Shown here: one piece after another, positions 47,279 through 60,011 of the stretch | Layout of the letters: each line of letters starts with the position of its first letter | How positions within the stretch are numbered: position 1 is the first letter of the stretch | Assembly (NCBI GenBank): GCA_001179505.1 | Contig: CDMY01000620.1 | Span: 4,844-68,843, forward strand | Source: Vitrella brassicaformis CCMP3155 | Lineage: Eukaryota; Protista; Chromerida | DNA length: 64,000 nt | Direction: 5' to 3' | Notes under the pieces: generated by a model | The model's database searches: none | Seen by the model: the letters and a program-made list of their open reading frames with translations, nothing else | What the model was told of the DNA's origin: nothing | Translations under genes and position numbers: made by a program

Positions 47279-49824
47279 ATGTCGCTCCCTCTCTTTCCGC
47301 TGTGCATATTTTGCTTACTTGGGTGTCGGAGTGGCGCTATCCCTGATAGCGAAGTGGCGCAGCGGAACAGCGAGCAAGTTCTAAGTCAACTGAAAGCCAT
47401 GGGCATCGACCTTGAGAAGGGACCGCCGAATCTCAGAAAGGAAGATGGCCCTAAGAATTCCCCCGAGCCCTCTATGCACCTAGAGGTTTTAAGGAAGGAG
47501 ACTCCCTTCGTTTATGCTCATCCACTGCCCAACGCTGTGTTGGTCTCGCCGTACACAACTATCGCCTTCAGACCGAAGGACGCGGTGGACAAAGACAGCA
47601 TCAAGGGCAAGATAGATGTGCAAGGGGACGTCTCTGGCAACCACAAGGGAGAGACGAAGCTTCTCAGCGACAAAAGAACCATATGCTTTACACCGGAGGT
47701 GGCCTTCATGCCTGGCGAGTCTGTCAGCGTAATGGTGCGGAAGGGAATTAAGACCGAAGAGGGATATTCATTCCCTTCCTCCTCATGGAACTTCACCATG
47801 TCATGGAGAAAGTTGGACACTTACCGCCGGGATAGACGGATCAAACTGCCAGAAAATGCCGCCAATGAGGCTTCTTCGCCTGAGACGCTGGAAATGTTCA
47901 GAAAGGCCCAAGATATCAATTGGTTGTTGGGCCTCCCCGCTGTTGATCAGCGAGGAACAGAGGCAGACGATGTGGACGACATCGACGACCTCGATTGTGG
48001 TGAAGGGGAGCCTTCAGCGAATGAGGCCCACTATTACCTTCCCAACTGCGCATACCGGTGAATGAGTGATTCATTCCGGAATAGTCTGATTTTTTGCATG
48101 CATTCACTCCTAGGACCCTCCCTTCGGAGTACCCCCGTGTGCAAGTGACTGTTCAAGGCAACCTTACAGAATTGTCAGATGGCTACGTGTTCACGCAAGG
48201 GCCGGAACCTGGAAAACCAACTCAAGCCTTTCAAATCATCATGACGTCGCGCGGTGATCCAGTCTATCATGTTCATCGAAAGACGGGTCCGTATAACCTC
48301 GCGCCTACGCATAACGGGCAGCTCACGCAGTGGGTAGACGCATGGGGCGCGAAGATTCTCGGTCCTGATTATGCCGAGCGAGCACGATTCTCTGCCAAAC
48401 ACGGAGGAAGTAAGGGCTCTCTGAGGCATTTGAACAAAGGGTGCCGCTTGCGATGCCTGTGTTGCAGCCATGAATCCGCACGAGTTTCAACTGACAAAAA
48501 TTGGCAATGGACTGCTGTTCGCGTAAGTAAGCCCAGAGGTGTTTGCCAAATTGATATTTCTTGTCCTCGCCTCTTTTTTCCTTTCACACTACGAATTAGT
48601 TGGGATACCCAGATACTGAAGGTTGATGATTTCCATGTGAACGACAAAGGAGAGAAACCTCTTGTCGGCATTACAGTTGAGGAGATCACCCCGACAGGGG
48701 AAGTCGTGTTCGAGTGGAGATCCTGGGACCACCTGCCGCTCGTTCTGTGGGAAACTGAAAAGCGCGCTCGCGGGTGGTGGCATCTGTTGCACGCAAATGC
48801 AATGGAGGAAGCTCACGATGGCCATATCCTGCTTTCGTGAGCTTTGTCTTGCTCGAATCGACGACAAGCGTGATGGTTTTCCTGTACGTTTCAGAATGAG
48901 GAGAATGTCGCAGATTGCAAAAATCCACAGGTTTCAGAGAGAATTTATTCGTCCACTTACACCCCCCTTCTCTTCTTCCTCCTCTTTTCCTCCAGAGACA
49001 CGGGCGAACTGTTGTGGCGTCTCGGTGGGAATGGGAGCGACTTCAGGTCAGCTTGGGTTTGGAGGTGAAGAAAGCTTGAATTGTGTGCTTTCTGTAGAAT
49101 CGTGAATGACGCGAAGGGACAGTTTCGGGGACAGCACGACGTGAGAGACCTGGGCACACCAGAGGGCAAACACCGGATCAGCGCTTTTGATAACCGGCTC
49201 AGAACAATCAATGAAACAGACACGGTCATCTCCCGAGCTGTTGAATACGATTTGTACTTCGATCATGATGGCCGGCCAACTAAGGCCCGGCTGGTGAACG
49301 AGTACGACACAGGCATCAGGGTTGGCGCGAAAGGCAGCTACAGGCGAATGCCCAATGGCAATGGTGTGTATTGTTTGGGGGTGACCAAGAAAAAGAGAAA
49401 AACCCTTGGGACAAATCCTTTTTATATCGAGAGGGATTCCAGAGGTCGCGAACTGGTTAGAATGGAATGGAATTCGCGTCTGTACAGAGGGTATCATGGG
49501 ACGTATCGCACGGTCAAAGCTCCTTGGATCGGGACCCCTGCGTGGCCCCCGACAGCTCTCCTGGATGACAACAACAAAGCGAATACTCTCCGGCTGCACT
49601 TCAGTTGGAACGGAGCCACGGAAGTGAAGACTTGGCGGATTATTATGGGTCCAGGTGGTGATGACATGACAGCTGTCGTAGAAATCGAGAAGACGCAGTT
49701 TGAACATTGGGTCGACGTTCCGGACGGAGGCAAGAAGTGCCAGTACTTTCAAGCTGTGGCTCTCAATGAAAAGGGGAAGGAAATGAGCCGATCGGAAGTA
49801 GTCCACACAAAGCTCTGCAAGTGA
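47279..49824 (+). CDS. Secreted arylsulfotransferase (ASST-like) with N-terminal SbsA/Big_5-like Ig domain, paralog 1 (about 7 exons)
   Basis: Signal peptide; Ig-like AHPLPNAVLVSPYTTIAFR...FTPEVAFMPGESVSV; ASST motifs HEFQLT, VFEWRSWDH, HANAM, LWRLGGNGSDF, GQHDVR, SAFDN, SRAVEY and GSYRRMPNGN. Confidence 0.85.
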
Positions 49825-50685
49825 TGCACTCTTTGCAATCATCGCTTGCAAACTGTTTTGAAGTCAAGGAACTTTGGAAGAAGAGGGCAAACACATGTGG
49901 GTTTGTCCGAAGCGTGACATAGTTGCTATGAACTTCAGGTAAAGGAGAGGACCTGCTAGTTGCGATGGATCGGAGGATAGTGAAAACGAAAGTTTTTGCC
50001 TTTCGCATTGTGCACGAGGGCTCCCTCCTTGGTTGGTGGTCGATTGATTGGCGTCCTGTCGCGACGGGTGGTGTGTCTGTCGTTCGCTTGGTGCGACTGT
50101 CTGTCAGTGATGTGTCGCTTGTGCTTACCCTCGCTTAAAGTTCTCGCACTTTGAAGTCAGTGCGTAAGCTTGATGCTCACCTGAGTCACCTGGTCGCAAT
50201 GTGGAGATGATGTCTCTCTTTGCTGAGGCTGAGGTTGCTTGTGTACGCCCACTGGCGGTCGCGCACGTCTCTTCAATGAACGCTGCCACACAGGGTGGCG
50301 GGGGATGCACACACATTGACGATTATGTCCATCATATGCAAAGAAAACGAAAAATCTGTCAAAGTCAACGATTCTGTCAAGTTTGTCCGAAAAATCTGAT
50401 CTGAAGAAGCAATGCAAATCTTTCGAAAGTCTTTCGCCCTCGAATTTTATTCCCCCCTAAACAGAAAACAAAAAAAAACGATGTGGGAGGCTCACGAGTG
50501 TTCTCTCCTCTCTCCGGCCACATGACGCACCGAGGTCACTGCCATCTGGTCCGCCTCGGCACGACGCATACGCAGATGTGCGATTTGTCGTGTGAGGCTC
50601 CCGGCCTCTCCCGCTGAGCACACGGCAGCCACGGACGTTGCATGGAGAAGCAAAAGCGCCCTTCCGAGGATTGAACTCACCCTCC

Positions 50686-50811
50686 ATGCACCCTCGTGCT
50701 TTGCCCTCAGGTATGCACCCTCGTGCTTTGCCCTCAGGTATGCAAAGCACCTCAGGTATGCACCCTCGTGCTTTGCCCTCAGGTATGCACCCTCGTGCTT
50801 TGCCCTCGGGT
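50686..50811 (+). repeat. 27-bp tandem repeat (ATGCACCCTCGTGCTTTGCCCTCAGGT) in the element 5' region
   Basis: Four near-perfect units plus one shortened unit. Confidence 0.9.
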
Positions 50812-50837
50812 AGGGCTGTGCGTTGACCCCAGTGGAG

Positions 50838-53800
50838 ATGAATGAGGACTCAGCGGCGAGAGTGATCCAACGGTCGGCGAGAGCGTCTCTGTGGCGGCGA
50901 CGAGATCAAGCACTCAGGACGGGAGACGACTCTGATGCAGACCGCGAGGCTCCAGCAGCGCAGCCAGCACCTGAGGCGACCGCCGCGGCTCCCTGTTGCT
51001 CATGCAACAGCAAAGGGAACCCACGCGGAGGCCAGTGCAAGAACTGTGACTGCAGGAGGAACAACAGGATCTGCCGCAACTGTGTGCCAATGGGGCAGGG
51101 AAGATGCGTAAACCAAGGCCAAGGCCCAGCAGGTGCCGCAGCATCGCCATCGCCACCATCGCAGCCCCCGGACACCCAGCTCTGCCCGCGATGCGGTCGC
51201 CGGCCGCTTCCGAATTCTCGACACGCAGCGTGCTTCATCTGCCTTGCAGAGGGCGCTGCGCCGCCCACGTCCGTCCCGCCTCCCCGGCACCCCTCGCTCG
51301 CACCCTCCGCATCCCCGATCGACACCGCATTCATCGACGGGAAGATGGAGCAGGCCTTCGGACGGCCGATGCTCAACCGGCCTGGGCACCAGGATGCCAC
51401 TCAGTGGCAGAAGTGGCACAGCCGCATCTGCCAGCTCAGCGGCAGGCGCTTCGGGGTGCCCGGAGGCAATGTGGGGGATAGGGTGGTGGGGGTTGTGGCG
51501 GATGCTGTCGAGCAGTATGCGGCCAAGGCCTGCCCCTCGGAGGTGATCCTCGTCGGCAAGGCCGTCATCCTCCAGCGGCACCCACACGTGACGACATTCA
51601 AGGACAGGCGGCGGGTCGTCGACAGGCGCATCGCCATGTGGCGGCAGGGCAAGGTCGAGGAGCTCGTGCTCGAGGCCGAGCGCTGCGACAAGCTGGGCCC
51701 GCCGTTGAAGCCGCTGAAGGGAGATGAGGACGAGAACGAGCACACCATCCGTGTCTTCAGCCGGCTGGTGGATCAGGGGCGCCTGCGACAGGCACAGCGG
51801 TTCCTGACTGAGCGTGGGGGCGGTGGTGTGCTGGACCCACAAGACGTCGCCGAGAACGACACCAGGACCGTCCGGGAGGTGCTGGCGGACAAGCATCCTC
51901 AGCAGCGGACCGCCGACCCCGCGGCGTTCATCGATGGTGATCTCCCGCCACTTGTGGGGGTCGACATAACGGCCAACCAGGTCGAGCGGGCTGCACGCGA
52001 GATCCAGGGTGGGGTGGGGCCATCGGGGGGCGACGCAACGCTGTGGAAGGACCTCCTGCTCAAACACGGCGGCCACAGCACTCGGCTGCGCCAGGCGGTC
52101 GCGGACGCCACCCGCATGATGGCCAACGAGGTGGTGGACTGGGAGCACGTCCAAGCCCTGCGTGGATGCCGTCTGCTGGCCCTCGACAAGTGCCCTGGTG
52201 TCCGCCCGATCGGTGTAGGGGAGGTCCTCATGCGCATCATGGGCAAGGCGATGAGCATGGAGAGCGCATTCGACTTGGAGAGAGAGTGCGGCGAGGACCA
52301 GCTGTGTGCCGGCCTGAAGGGGGGCATAGAGGCGGCGATTCATGCCGTGAGCGGCCTGTTTGATTGTGGTGAGGGGGAGGCGGAGTGTGTGCTGCTCGGG
52401 GACGCGACGAACGCCTTCAACACCCTCAGTCGCCCTGCAGCGCTCTGGAGTGCCCGGCACCTGTGGCCACGTGCGTCCCGGTTCCTGTTCAACACCTACC
52501 AGGGCCACGCTGCGCTCTACCTGAGGGGCGAGAAGGAGCCGCTGTGGAGTCAGGAGGGGACCACTCAGGGCGATCCGATGGCCATGCCGATGTATGCCGC
52601 CGGCACCCTGCCACTCATCCGCAGCCTCAAGGAGCCAGCAGAGCAGGGGCCACAGGTGTGGTTCGCGGACGACTCGTCCAAGTGCAGCTCCCTCGAGCGG
52701 GCGAGTGAGTGGTGGGACAAGCTTGGTGAGAGGGGGCCGCCGTACGGCTACTTTCCCAACGCACACAAGTCCATCTTGGTGGTGCGAGAGGGGTTGGAGG
52801 AGAGGGCGCGGGAGGTGTTTGAGGGGGTGGAGGGGCTGACCATCACGACAGGCAGCCGGTACCTGGGCGGCTACGTCGGCACAAGGGAGGGCCGCCGCGC
52901 GTATGTGCAGCAGAAGGTGGAGCGGTGGGAGGAGTGCATCAGGGACGTCGCACGCGCCGCGACCAAGCGTCCGCAGCAGGCCCACGTCGTCATGACCAAG
53001 TCGCTGCAGGCCGAGTGGGACTTCGTCATGCGCGTCATCCCCGAGGAGAAGGAGACCTTCGAGCCCCTTCGCCACCTACTCGCCACGACTTACCTGCCCG
53101 GCCTCTGCGGCAAGTCCGTCGACGAGGCTGAGGCCGCGGTCATGCTGCTGTCGGCACGGCATGGCGGCACGGGGGTGCGCGATCCGACCGAGCGGGTCGC
53201 TGAGGCGTACGAGACGTCCATCCAGGGCACCGACGTGCTCACCATCGCCATTCAGCGCGGCACTCATCCAGACCAGCCCTTCGACCCGTCCATCCACCGC
53301 CTTCAGGTGCACACGGCCATTCACGAAGGGAAGAGGAGGGCGGACGCACGGGCCAAGGAGCGCTTCGACGACGGCGTCTCCCGCCTTCCCCCAGGATGCC
53401 AGCGAGCTGCTCGGCGCGCGCAGGAGGCCAAGACGCACGCATGGCTCACGGCCATGCCGTCGTGCAGCGACCAGACCGACCTGAGCGGCGATGCCTTTCG
53501 GGACGGCCTGGCTGTTCTCTACGGCTACCGCCCATCCAACCTCCCCTCCAGCTGCCCAGGGTGTGGTTCCGCCTTCACCCTCACCCATGCCCTGGACTGC
53601 CCGAAGGGCGGGCTGGTGATTCAGCGACAGAACGAGCTGCGGGACGTGATTGGCGATGTCGGCAGGATGGCCTTTGGGGCAGGGAGCGTCCACAAGGAGG
53701 TGGTGTTGAAGGAGGGGGATGGGCGGGGAAGGGAGGGGGTCAGGACGGACCTGGTGATCCGTGGTGTGTGGGACCGCTAGAGGGATGCATCGTTCGACGT

Positions 53801-54176
53801 GTGCGTCACTGACGCTGATGCTCCCTCATACGGCAACCGCCCCACGCGATCCATCCTGGCGACGCACGAGCACAGAAAGAAGAACAAGCATGTGCGCGTC
53901 TGCGAGGACCTGTCCATGACCTTCACCCCTCTGGTCGTCACCGTCGATGGGGTGTGGGGGAGGGAGGCGGAGCACTTCTTCACCCGCTTGACTGAGCAGC
54001 TGTTGACGAGGCAAGGGTGGTCAGATAGGGGGCGAGGGCGAGTGCATGGGTGGCTGCGTGTTCGTTTGTCTGTTGCATTGGTGCGGGCTGCTAGCCTGTG
54101 TTTGAGGGGCGGGAGGCAGTCATGGCGTGGTGTTGGGGCGATGGACGGGGCTGGGGTGTTCTCATCGAATGAGTGA
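50838..54176 (+). CDS. RT-RLE polyprotein of the CRE-like element; one premature stop at 53778-53780
   Basis: Cys-rich N-terminus; RT motifs VRPIGVGEVLMR, DATNAFN, QGDPMAM and WFADD; CCHC CPGCG...HALDC; RLE RTDLVIRGVW*...FDVCVTDADAPSY...FTPLVVTVDG. Confidence 0.9.
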
Positions 54177-55539
54177 GCATGACCTATGTGCATAGGCATA
54201 TGTGGATAGATTCATCGGGACGGTGTGTGGACAAATGAGTGCATGGATGCGATCGGTTAATCATCTCTCTCTTCCCCTAGATTTTTATTCCCCTAGATTT
54301 TTATTCCCCTCGATCTTTATTCAAGCTCGCTAAAGCTCGCATTTATTTGTTTATTATTTTCCAGCCTTCTGATGAGGCTGTAGTTGGTTGTCTTGTGCTC
54401 TGCTCAGACCATACGGTGGGTATGGTCCAGATAGCCTTCGGGCTGCCTCTGAGAGCCAGTCCTTTGCCAGGAAAGAATGGCCTACGCATTTGCAATGTTC
54501 ATTCGTGATTTTTCTCTACAGAATGTTCGTACACGTTGCATATCCCGTCTTTGTCTCATGCAGCCTTCTTTCCAACGGCTTTTCCGACGCCCCGCCTCAT
54601 TTCTTCGTCGGACGCGTTGCTTTTACGCGCTACAGTGTCCGATACCGGACGAGGTCGGTGCTGCTAGAACACCTCCCTCCCTTTATCAGCGAAGCGTCAA
54701 TCTCCTGAGAACTTCACTGAGAGTGAGCCGGAGACGGGAGCAAATGGTGGTTGGATTCATTCTCTCATTCGGCTTAAAATGCCACCTCGTAACAATTGCC
54801 ACCTCCGGATTGCGCAACAATCGAAAGCGTTGCAACGCCGCAGCCCCCTTCCTACTCTATCACCTACGAACGCCGCGAATGCGCCTCGACGAACTCTTTC
54901 GAGGAGGGAGGGACCCGATCATTCATTCATTCGTTCATTCGAGCGTCCTCATGAGCGAACACACACAAGGCATTCATTCGGACGAGGCTAGCAGCACTGC
55001 AGGACACCCTGCAGAGACCAAAGCGGCGAGTCAGGTTCACCAAGGTTTCCCTTGGCTACCCCTGGGTTTCACAGGACATCGCACCACTTAACGATATTCC
55101 CACTTATCCAAGCACCACTTATCCGCCCACAGTATTTTACAAGCGCGGGAGAGAAGGAGCTGCCGCCCTGCTTCCTACCCTCCGGGCGGCGGCTGACTGG
55201 TTGCGTTTTCGTGTGTCAGGTTCATGTTTGTGCGGTGCGTGTCTCTCTACTGTTCAGTGTTCAGGTTTCTGTCTACCCTCCCTCCCTTTCCCTCTCCCCG
55301 AAAGCGGAATGGGGGGGGACACACAGCACTGACTCGGCCTGCTTTCGTCTACTTCTGCGGGCTCACTGAAGCTCGCCGCCGTCCTCTTCGATGCAGGGCC
55401 TTGTTGTCGTGTCTGTGTTTGCCAGTCGCCCATGCACACATACACGCCCGCGAGTGTCTCGCTTTCAGTCAACTATTCCCGATCGGTTGGTTGCACCGAG
55501 CGTCTGCGAGGGGCCGGGGGGGCCTGTCTGCGCGCTTAG

Positions 55540-55800
55540 TGCCGAAGGAAGGTGCTACGAGCGAGGACAGAAAAACAATCATTTCCGGGGGCAAACTCCG
55601 GGTGAAAAACGTCGAGATGGCGCTGAGAGCATCATCCACCGGGTGAAAAGTCGACGAGGGATGGCCACTTTGTGCCGAGCTCGTCGAGGATCGCCTGGCG
55701 GTCGATGCTGGTGAAGGCGTTCTCGAAGGCCTGACAGGCCCGAAACAGCGTCTCACCGCCTTCCGACGTACCAACGGCGAACTGCAGTCTGCAGGAGGGA
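55540..55800 (-). pseudogene. Degenerate CRE-like RT fragment / dispersed repeat
   Basis: LQFAVGTSEGGETLFRACQAFENAFTSIDRQAILDEL. Part recurs at 3541-4200 and 62885-62995. Confidence 0.55.
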
Positions 55801-56389
55801 AAATCATCTTCGAAGGCCAGTTTATTGTCCGTACAGAGCAAAAAGGCTGCCGGCGGAGAGAATCTTAGTATAGCTGTCTGGCATGTCTCCTGGGAGCATC
55901 CGATTCATGAGGGAAGGCAGCCGGACGCTCTGGTCTTGCACGGTCCATACAGGCACGGAGGTTTTTGTACCGCCAATCTGTAGGGCCCGCTGCATGAGGT
56001 TTTCATGTGCTCTTTTTGCATCCCCCCGATAAGACTGTATGGTCCGTGTTGGCTATCTTGAAAGCCGAGTCACGCCCACGCCTCTCGCATTGTTGTATGG
56101 CATTGTTGTTAATCCATGTAATGCCATACAGGGAACGACAAACACGAAAGAAAAAGTGAGCGCGCCCCATCCCGTTCCCATCAGCGCAGCGAGATACCAT
56201 CGCAACGTGCATGTGAGAGACCTCTGGTGTCTCACACCCATGCAAGATGTACTATCTAAGTTCATTGAAAGTCCCACCTCGACTGAACAAGAAAACAACG
56301 CGCAGAAAAAACATGCTTCGTTCATATGTCCACACAGGAACGAAGCGCCCTGCTAGGTTTAGAATTTTGTACGGGTCGCCACCATCCCT

Positions 56390-58785
56390 CTAACGCGAAC
56401 AGGCCGGTGGGAGCACAACTGCCGACTTGCCCAGCTCCTTGCCTTTACCATCAAGGGCGACAGCCTGGAAGTACTGACACTTTTTACCTCCCACCTCAAC
56501 CCAGTGCTCGAATTGCTGCTTCTCGACTTCGGCAAACACGGCAGTCAGCTCGTCATCGCTCTCACCTGTAACAATCCGCCATACATGCGTTCGAGTGTCT
56601 CCATTCCAGCTAAAATGAAGGCGCAGTGCATTGGTAGGGTTGTTGTCATCCAGAAGGACCGTCGGGGGCCACTTTGGTGCGCCGATCCAGGGAGCCTTGA
56701 TTGAGCGATACGAGCCCAGTGAGGGGAATGCCCACTCCATTCGTATCAGCTCTTGATTATCTTGCTCTGTCTCGACATAGAAAGGAGGGGCTTCATACAT
56801 CATCGTGTGACCCGGAGGCCAGTGGTGGCCGAAACATATGATTTTGTTTCCATCGGGCAGCCGTCTGTAACTCCCCATCACTCGCGATTTGTATCCGGGT
56901 TCATATGAGGATACCAACCGAGCGACTCTGGGGCTGCCGTCGAGGTCGAACTCCAACTCATAATCAACAGCACGAGCACCCGATTTCCAGCTGTGGTGAA
57001 AAACGTTGTTCCAGCTGTTGTCAAAAACAGTGACCACGTTGTCTCCGAACTGTCGGGCGTCGTGCTGTCCCATGAATTGGCCATTTGGATCGCCAAGAAT
57101 CCTGACAACCAGACCAATTGCCAGGTTAGTTGAATCACAAATCATTCTCCTAATTTGATGTAATGAATGGTTCGCGAATGACCTGAAGTCACCCCCATTG
57201 CCGCCGAGACGCCAGATGACCTTGCCCGTATCCCTACAACCCCATTTACATTTGCACACAGACGTCCACAGCACTCCATCACTTACCGCTCTATTTTGAC
57301 GACTTGATTCAGATTTCTCCTGCAGAAAAATGAAAAGGCAGGAGATCGCAAAGTGCTCTAAGTACGAAAAGAACGGACATAGAAATGAGAATGGCGCCAT
57401 CCTGCGTCTCGTCCAATGAGTTGCCGTGTGCAAGATCCCATATACGCCTGAAAGATTGCGTATTGAGCGTGCTTGCACACCATCAATCGCTCTACTCCTA
57501 CCTCGAGCTCTCGGCAGCACGGACCCAATACTCCTGTCGAGCCGAGCTTAGACCTACGGGACTGTCCCAATAAATGCGAGGCATGTGATCCCAAGCCCTC
57601 CATTCCATCAAGACCTCACCTACCGAAATTCGTGTACGTCCCATCATTGAAAGACTTAGCAATGTCTTTACCAGTTGCCAAAACTTCTTGTACGACAGGT
57701 CCAGCAATCCAAACCTGTTCGTTTGATGGGGCCTGCATATCGGGCCGGACCGACCTTGCGTTGAATGGGTGGCATTCGTAGACGATGACGAGTCCATTGC
57801 CACTCCTGGATAGCTGAAACTCATGATCACTCAGCTTTCCTCCGTGTGCCGCATCGAATTCGAGTCTCTCCACGTAATCTGACCCCCCAGTAATTTGGGA
57901 TTGTGTCTCAGTTCCTAGCATCAGCTGGTCGCTGTGTATCGGGGCGAAACGCGAAAAAAAACCCTTGCCGTAGAACACCGGGTCACCTAGAGAAGTAATT
58001 ATCATGCGGAAGTTGGCGTCGTTCCCGGACGCTACATGTGAGGCAGTGAAAATGTATCCAGGTGAGAGCTTGGTGAGGTTGCCAAGGGGTGTCACACGGA
58101 TCCGTGGAAATGATCTCGGGAGCGTCCGGTAAGCACAGTTCGGAGCGTAGGTGGCACCACTGGCCCAATCGTCTGCTTCGTTGCAGTCAAAAGCGTCTGA
58201 TGGCGAGGGCCCATTTTGTGGGTCTTTGCCGTCTCTTGGACTTTTCTCCTTAGCGACAAAATATGAACCGAGCTCTCGCCACGACATTGTGAAGCTCCAC
58301 TCGGCAGCGGGGAAAGTCAATCCTTCAGCGGTCCTGATTCCCTTCTTCACCGTGACCCGCACAGACTCACCAGGCGTGAAGGCCTCATCTGGTGTGAAAT
58401 ACACTGTCCGGCTGTCGCTCAGTAGCCGCGTCTCTCCATCGTGGTCGCCAGACACATTGCCCCGCACGCTTATCTTTCCTTGAATGCTTTCTCTGTCCAC
58501 CTTGTCCTTCGGCCTGAAGGCAATGGTTGTCAGAGGGGACACGAGGATGGCTCCGGGGAGAGGATGGGCGTAAATGAACGGGGTGTCCTTGTTCAAAGTC
58601 TCCAGGCTAGAAGAAGGCTTGGGCGTATTCTTCTCATCTCTGAGCTTAGGTCTGGTAGGGTCCATACCCAACACGTTCAGCTGATGGAGGACCTGTTCCG
58701 TGTTGAATCGTGCCACCTCTTCATCGGTGGGTGACCCGGAAGAACGTGCGAAATAGATGATGAGCAATATACGGTGAAAATACAT
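56390..58785 (-). CDS. Secreted arylsulfotransferase (ASST-like) with Ig-like domain, paralog 2 (about 6 exons)
   Basis: Same architecture as paralog 1: AHPLPGAILVSPLTTIAFRPKD, DHEFQLS, EWRAWDH, WDLAHGNSL, IWRLGGNGGDF, GQHDAR, VFDN, GSYRRLPDGN and LHFSWNG. Confidence 0.85.
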
Positions 58786-60011
58786 AAGTGTTGATTGTGT
58801 TTGCTCATTATTCCGTTTGTTTCAGACACACGCATGTGTATGTGTGAGTGAGAGAGAGAGAGAGAGAGAGAGAGAAGGAATTGGACGTGCCCTCATGCAC
58901 CGACATCCGCAGCACCGCCTGTCGAACCAGGGCTAGACCGAGGCGTCCCTTAGGGGTCACCCCAGGGCGCGCAGCCGCAACGATCAGCAAGAAGGGCACC
59001 ACGCTGATGAGGCGTCGGTACATCTAGGGTGCAGAGTGAGGTGGCAGATTGCTTACACCAAAGGACACAAGTGTCCTTTCTGTGACTGATGGTCTTTGTG
59101 CCGAGTTCTGCACCAAAAAGGTGGGCAGGCGGATACGTACAAACACTCGTGCAGACACGCAACACCAAAGCTGTGTGTTCACTAATCGATATCGGTCCGT
59201 CCGGAAAGGGACAGCGTGTTCACCACAAGAGATACTGGCGCGACAGTCGAGAGGACGCAGAAAAAGCGGCGCACGCGCAGCCACCCCTCCTTATCTCTTT
59301 CCCTCCATCCCTGCGTCCTCTATATGTATACGCAAACATGTACACATCCACATGAGCGGCGTGTATCCCCTGCACAGTGTGAGAAAACTGAGGGCGCTAG
59401 CGTCTTCAACACGTGTGCATACTTATGACATATATACGCAGCGAGGATTGCAGTGCTCCGTCGTCCTCGAATTCTATCGAATTCGTCCATGAGTGTGCTG
59501 CATGTCGTGTGCCTGCCTGATACATTTGTCGCATCACTGGCGATATTCATGTATATCCATGTATGTCTCCGTGTGCCTTTCGGCCATGCACATGCCGACG
59601 CATCTATCGATCCCCTTTGCGACAGCATACGTCTGGTGCCCTTGCTTATGATTATACCTGTTTCATAATGTCCCTTCTCGGCCTTGCGGGTGTCGCAGTC
59701 GGTCTTGAAAGACGGAATGAGTCTCATCTGGGAGAAAGGGAGGGTGAAGGCAAAACCGTTGACAAGGACGTGGCCATTCGTTCGGTTTGTCGACGCATAC
59801 GACGAGTCCGTATGTGGCTCGACGGCCCCATACGACTGACGAACGGCCCTTGCATCAACAAGTTTCTCCACCTCTTGGTTGTCGAAACATTGCACCACAT
59901 GGAGTACACCCTGTGCCGCGGAGGATCGTCTACATCCTCAGCGGAAAAAGGAAGGGGTCGTCTATTTGTAACGGTAACGGATTTCTTTTTTCTGTCTTGT
60001 ACGAAAAACAA

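Larger units (their letters stand above)
50453..54322 (+). mobile_element. Near full-length CRE-like (RLE-type) non-LTR retrotransposon
   Basis: Single long ORF, tandem repeats in the 5' region, a 3' tail of three 16-bp units, and a near-duplicated 16-mer at both ends (50437-50452 and 54307-54322). Confidence 0.85.

Noticed and set aside
50686-50811. CRISPR-like array
   Set aside because: The units are contiguous with no unique spacers, there are no cas genes, and the repeat sits in a eukaryotic retrotransposon 5' region.
51000-53075. 691-aa antisense ORF
   Set aside because: It is the shadow frame of the GC-rich RT ORF and has no recognisable motifs.
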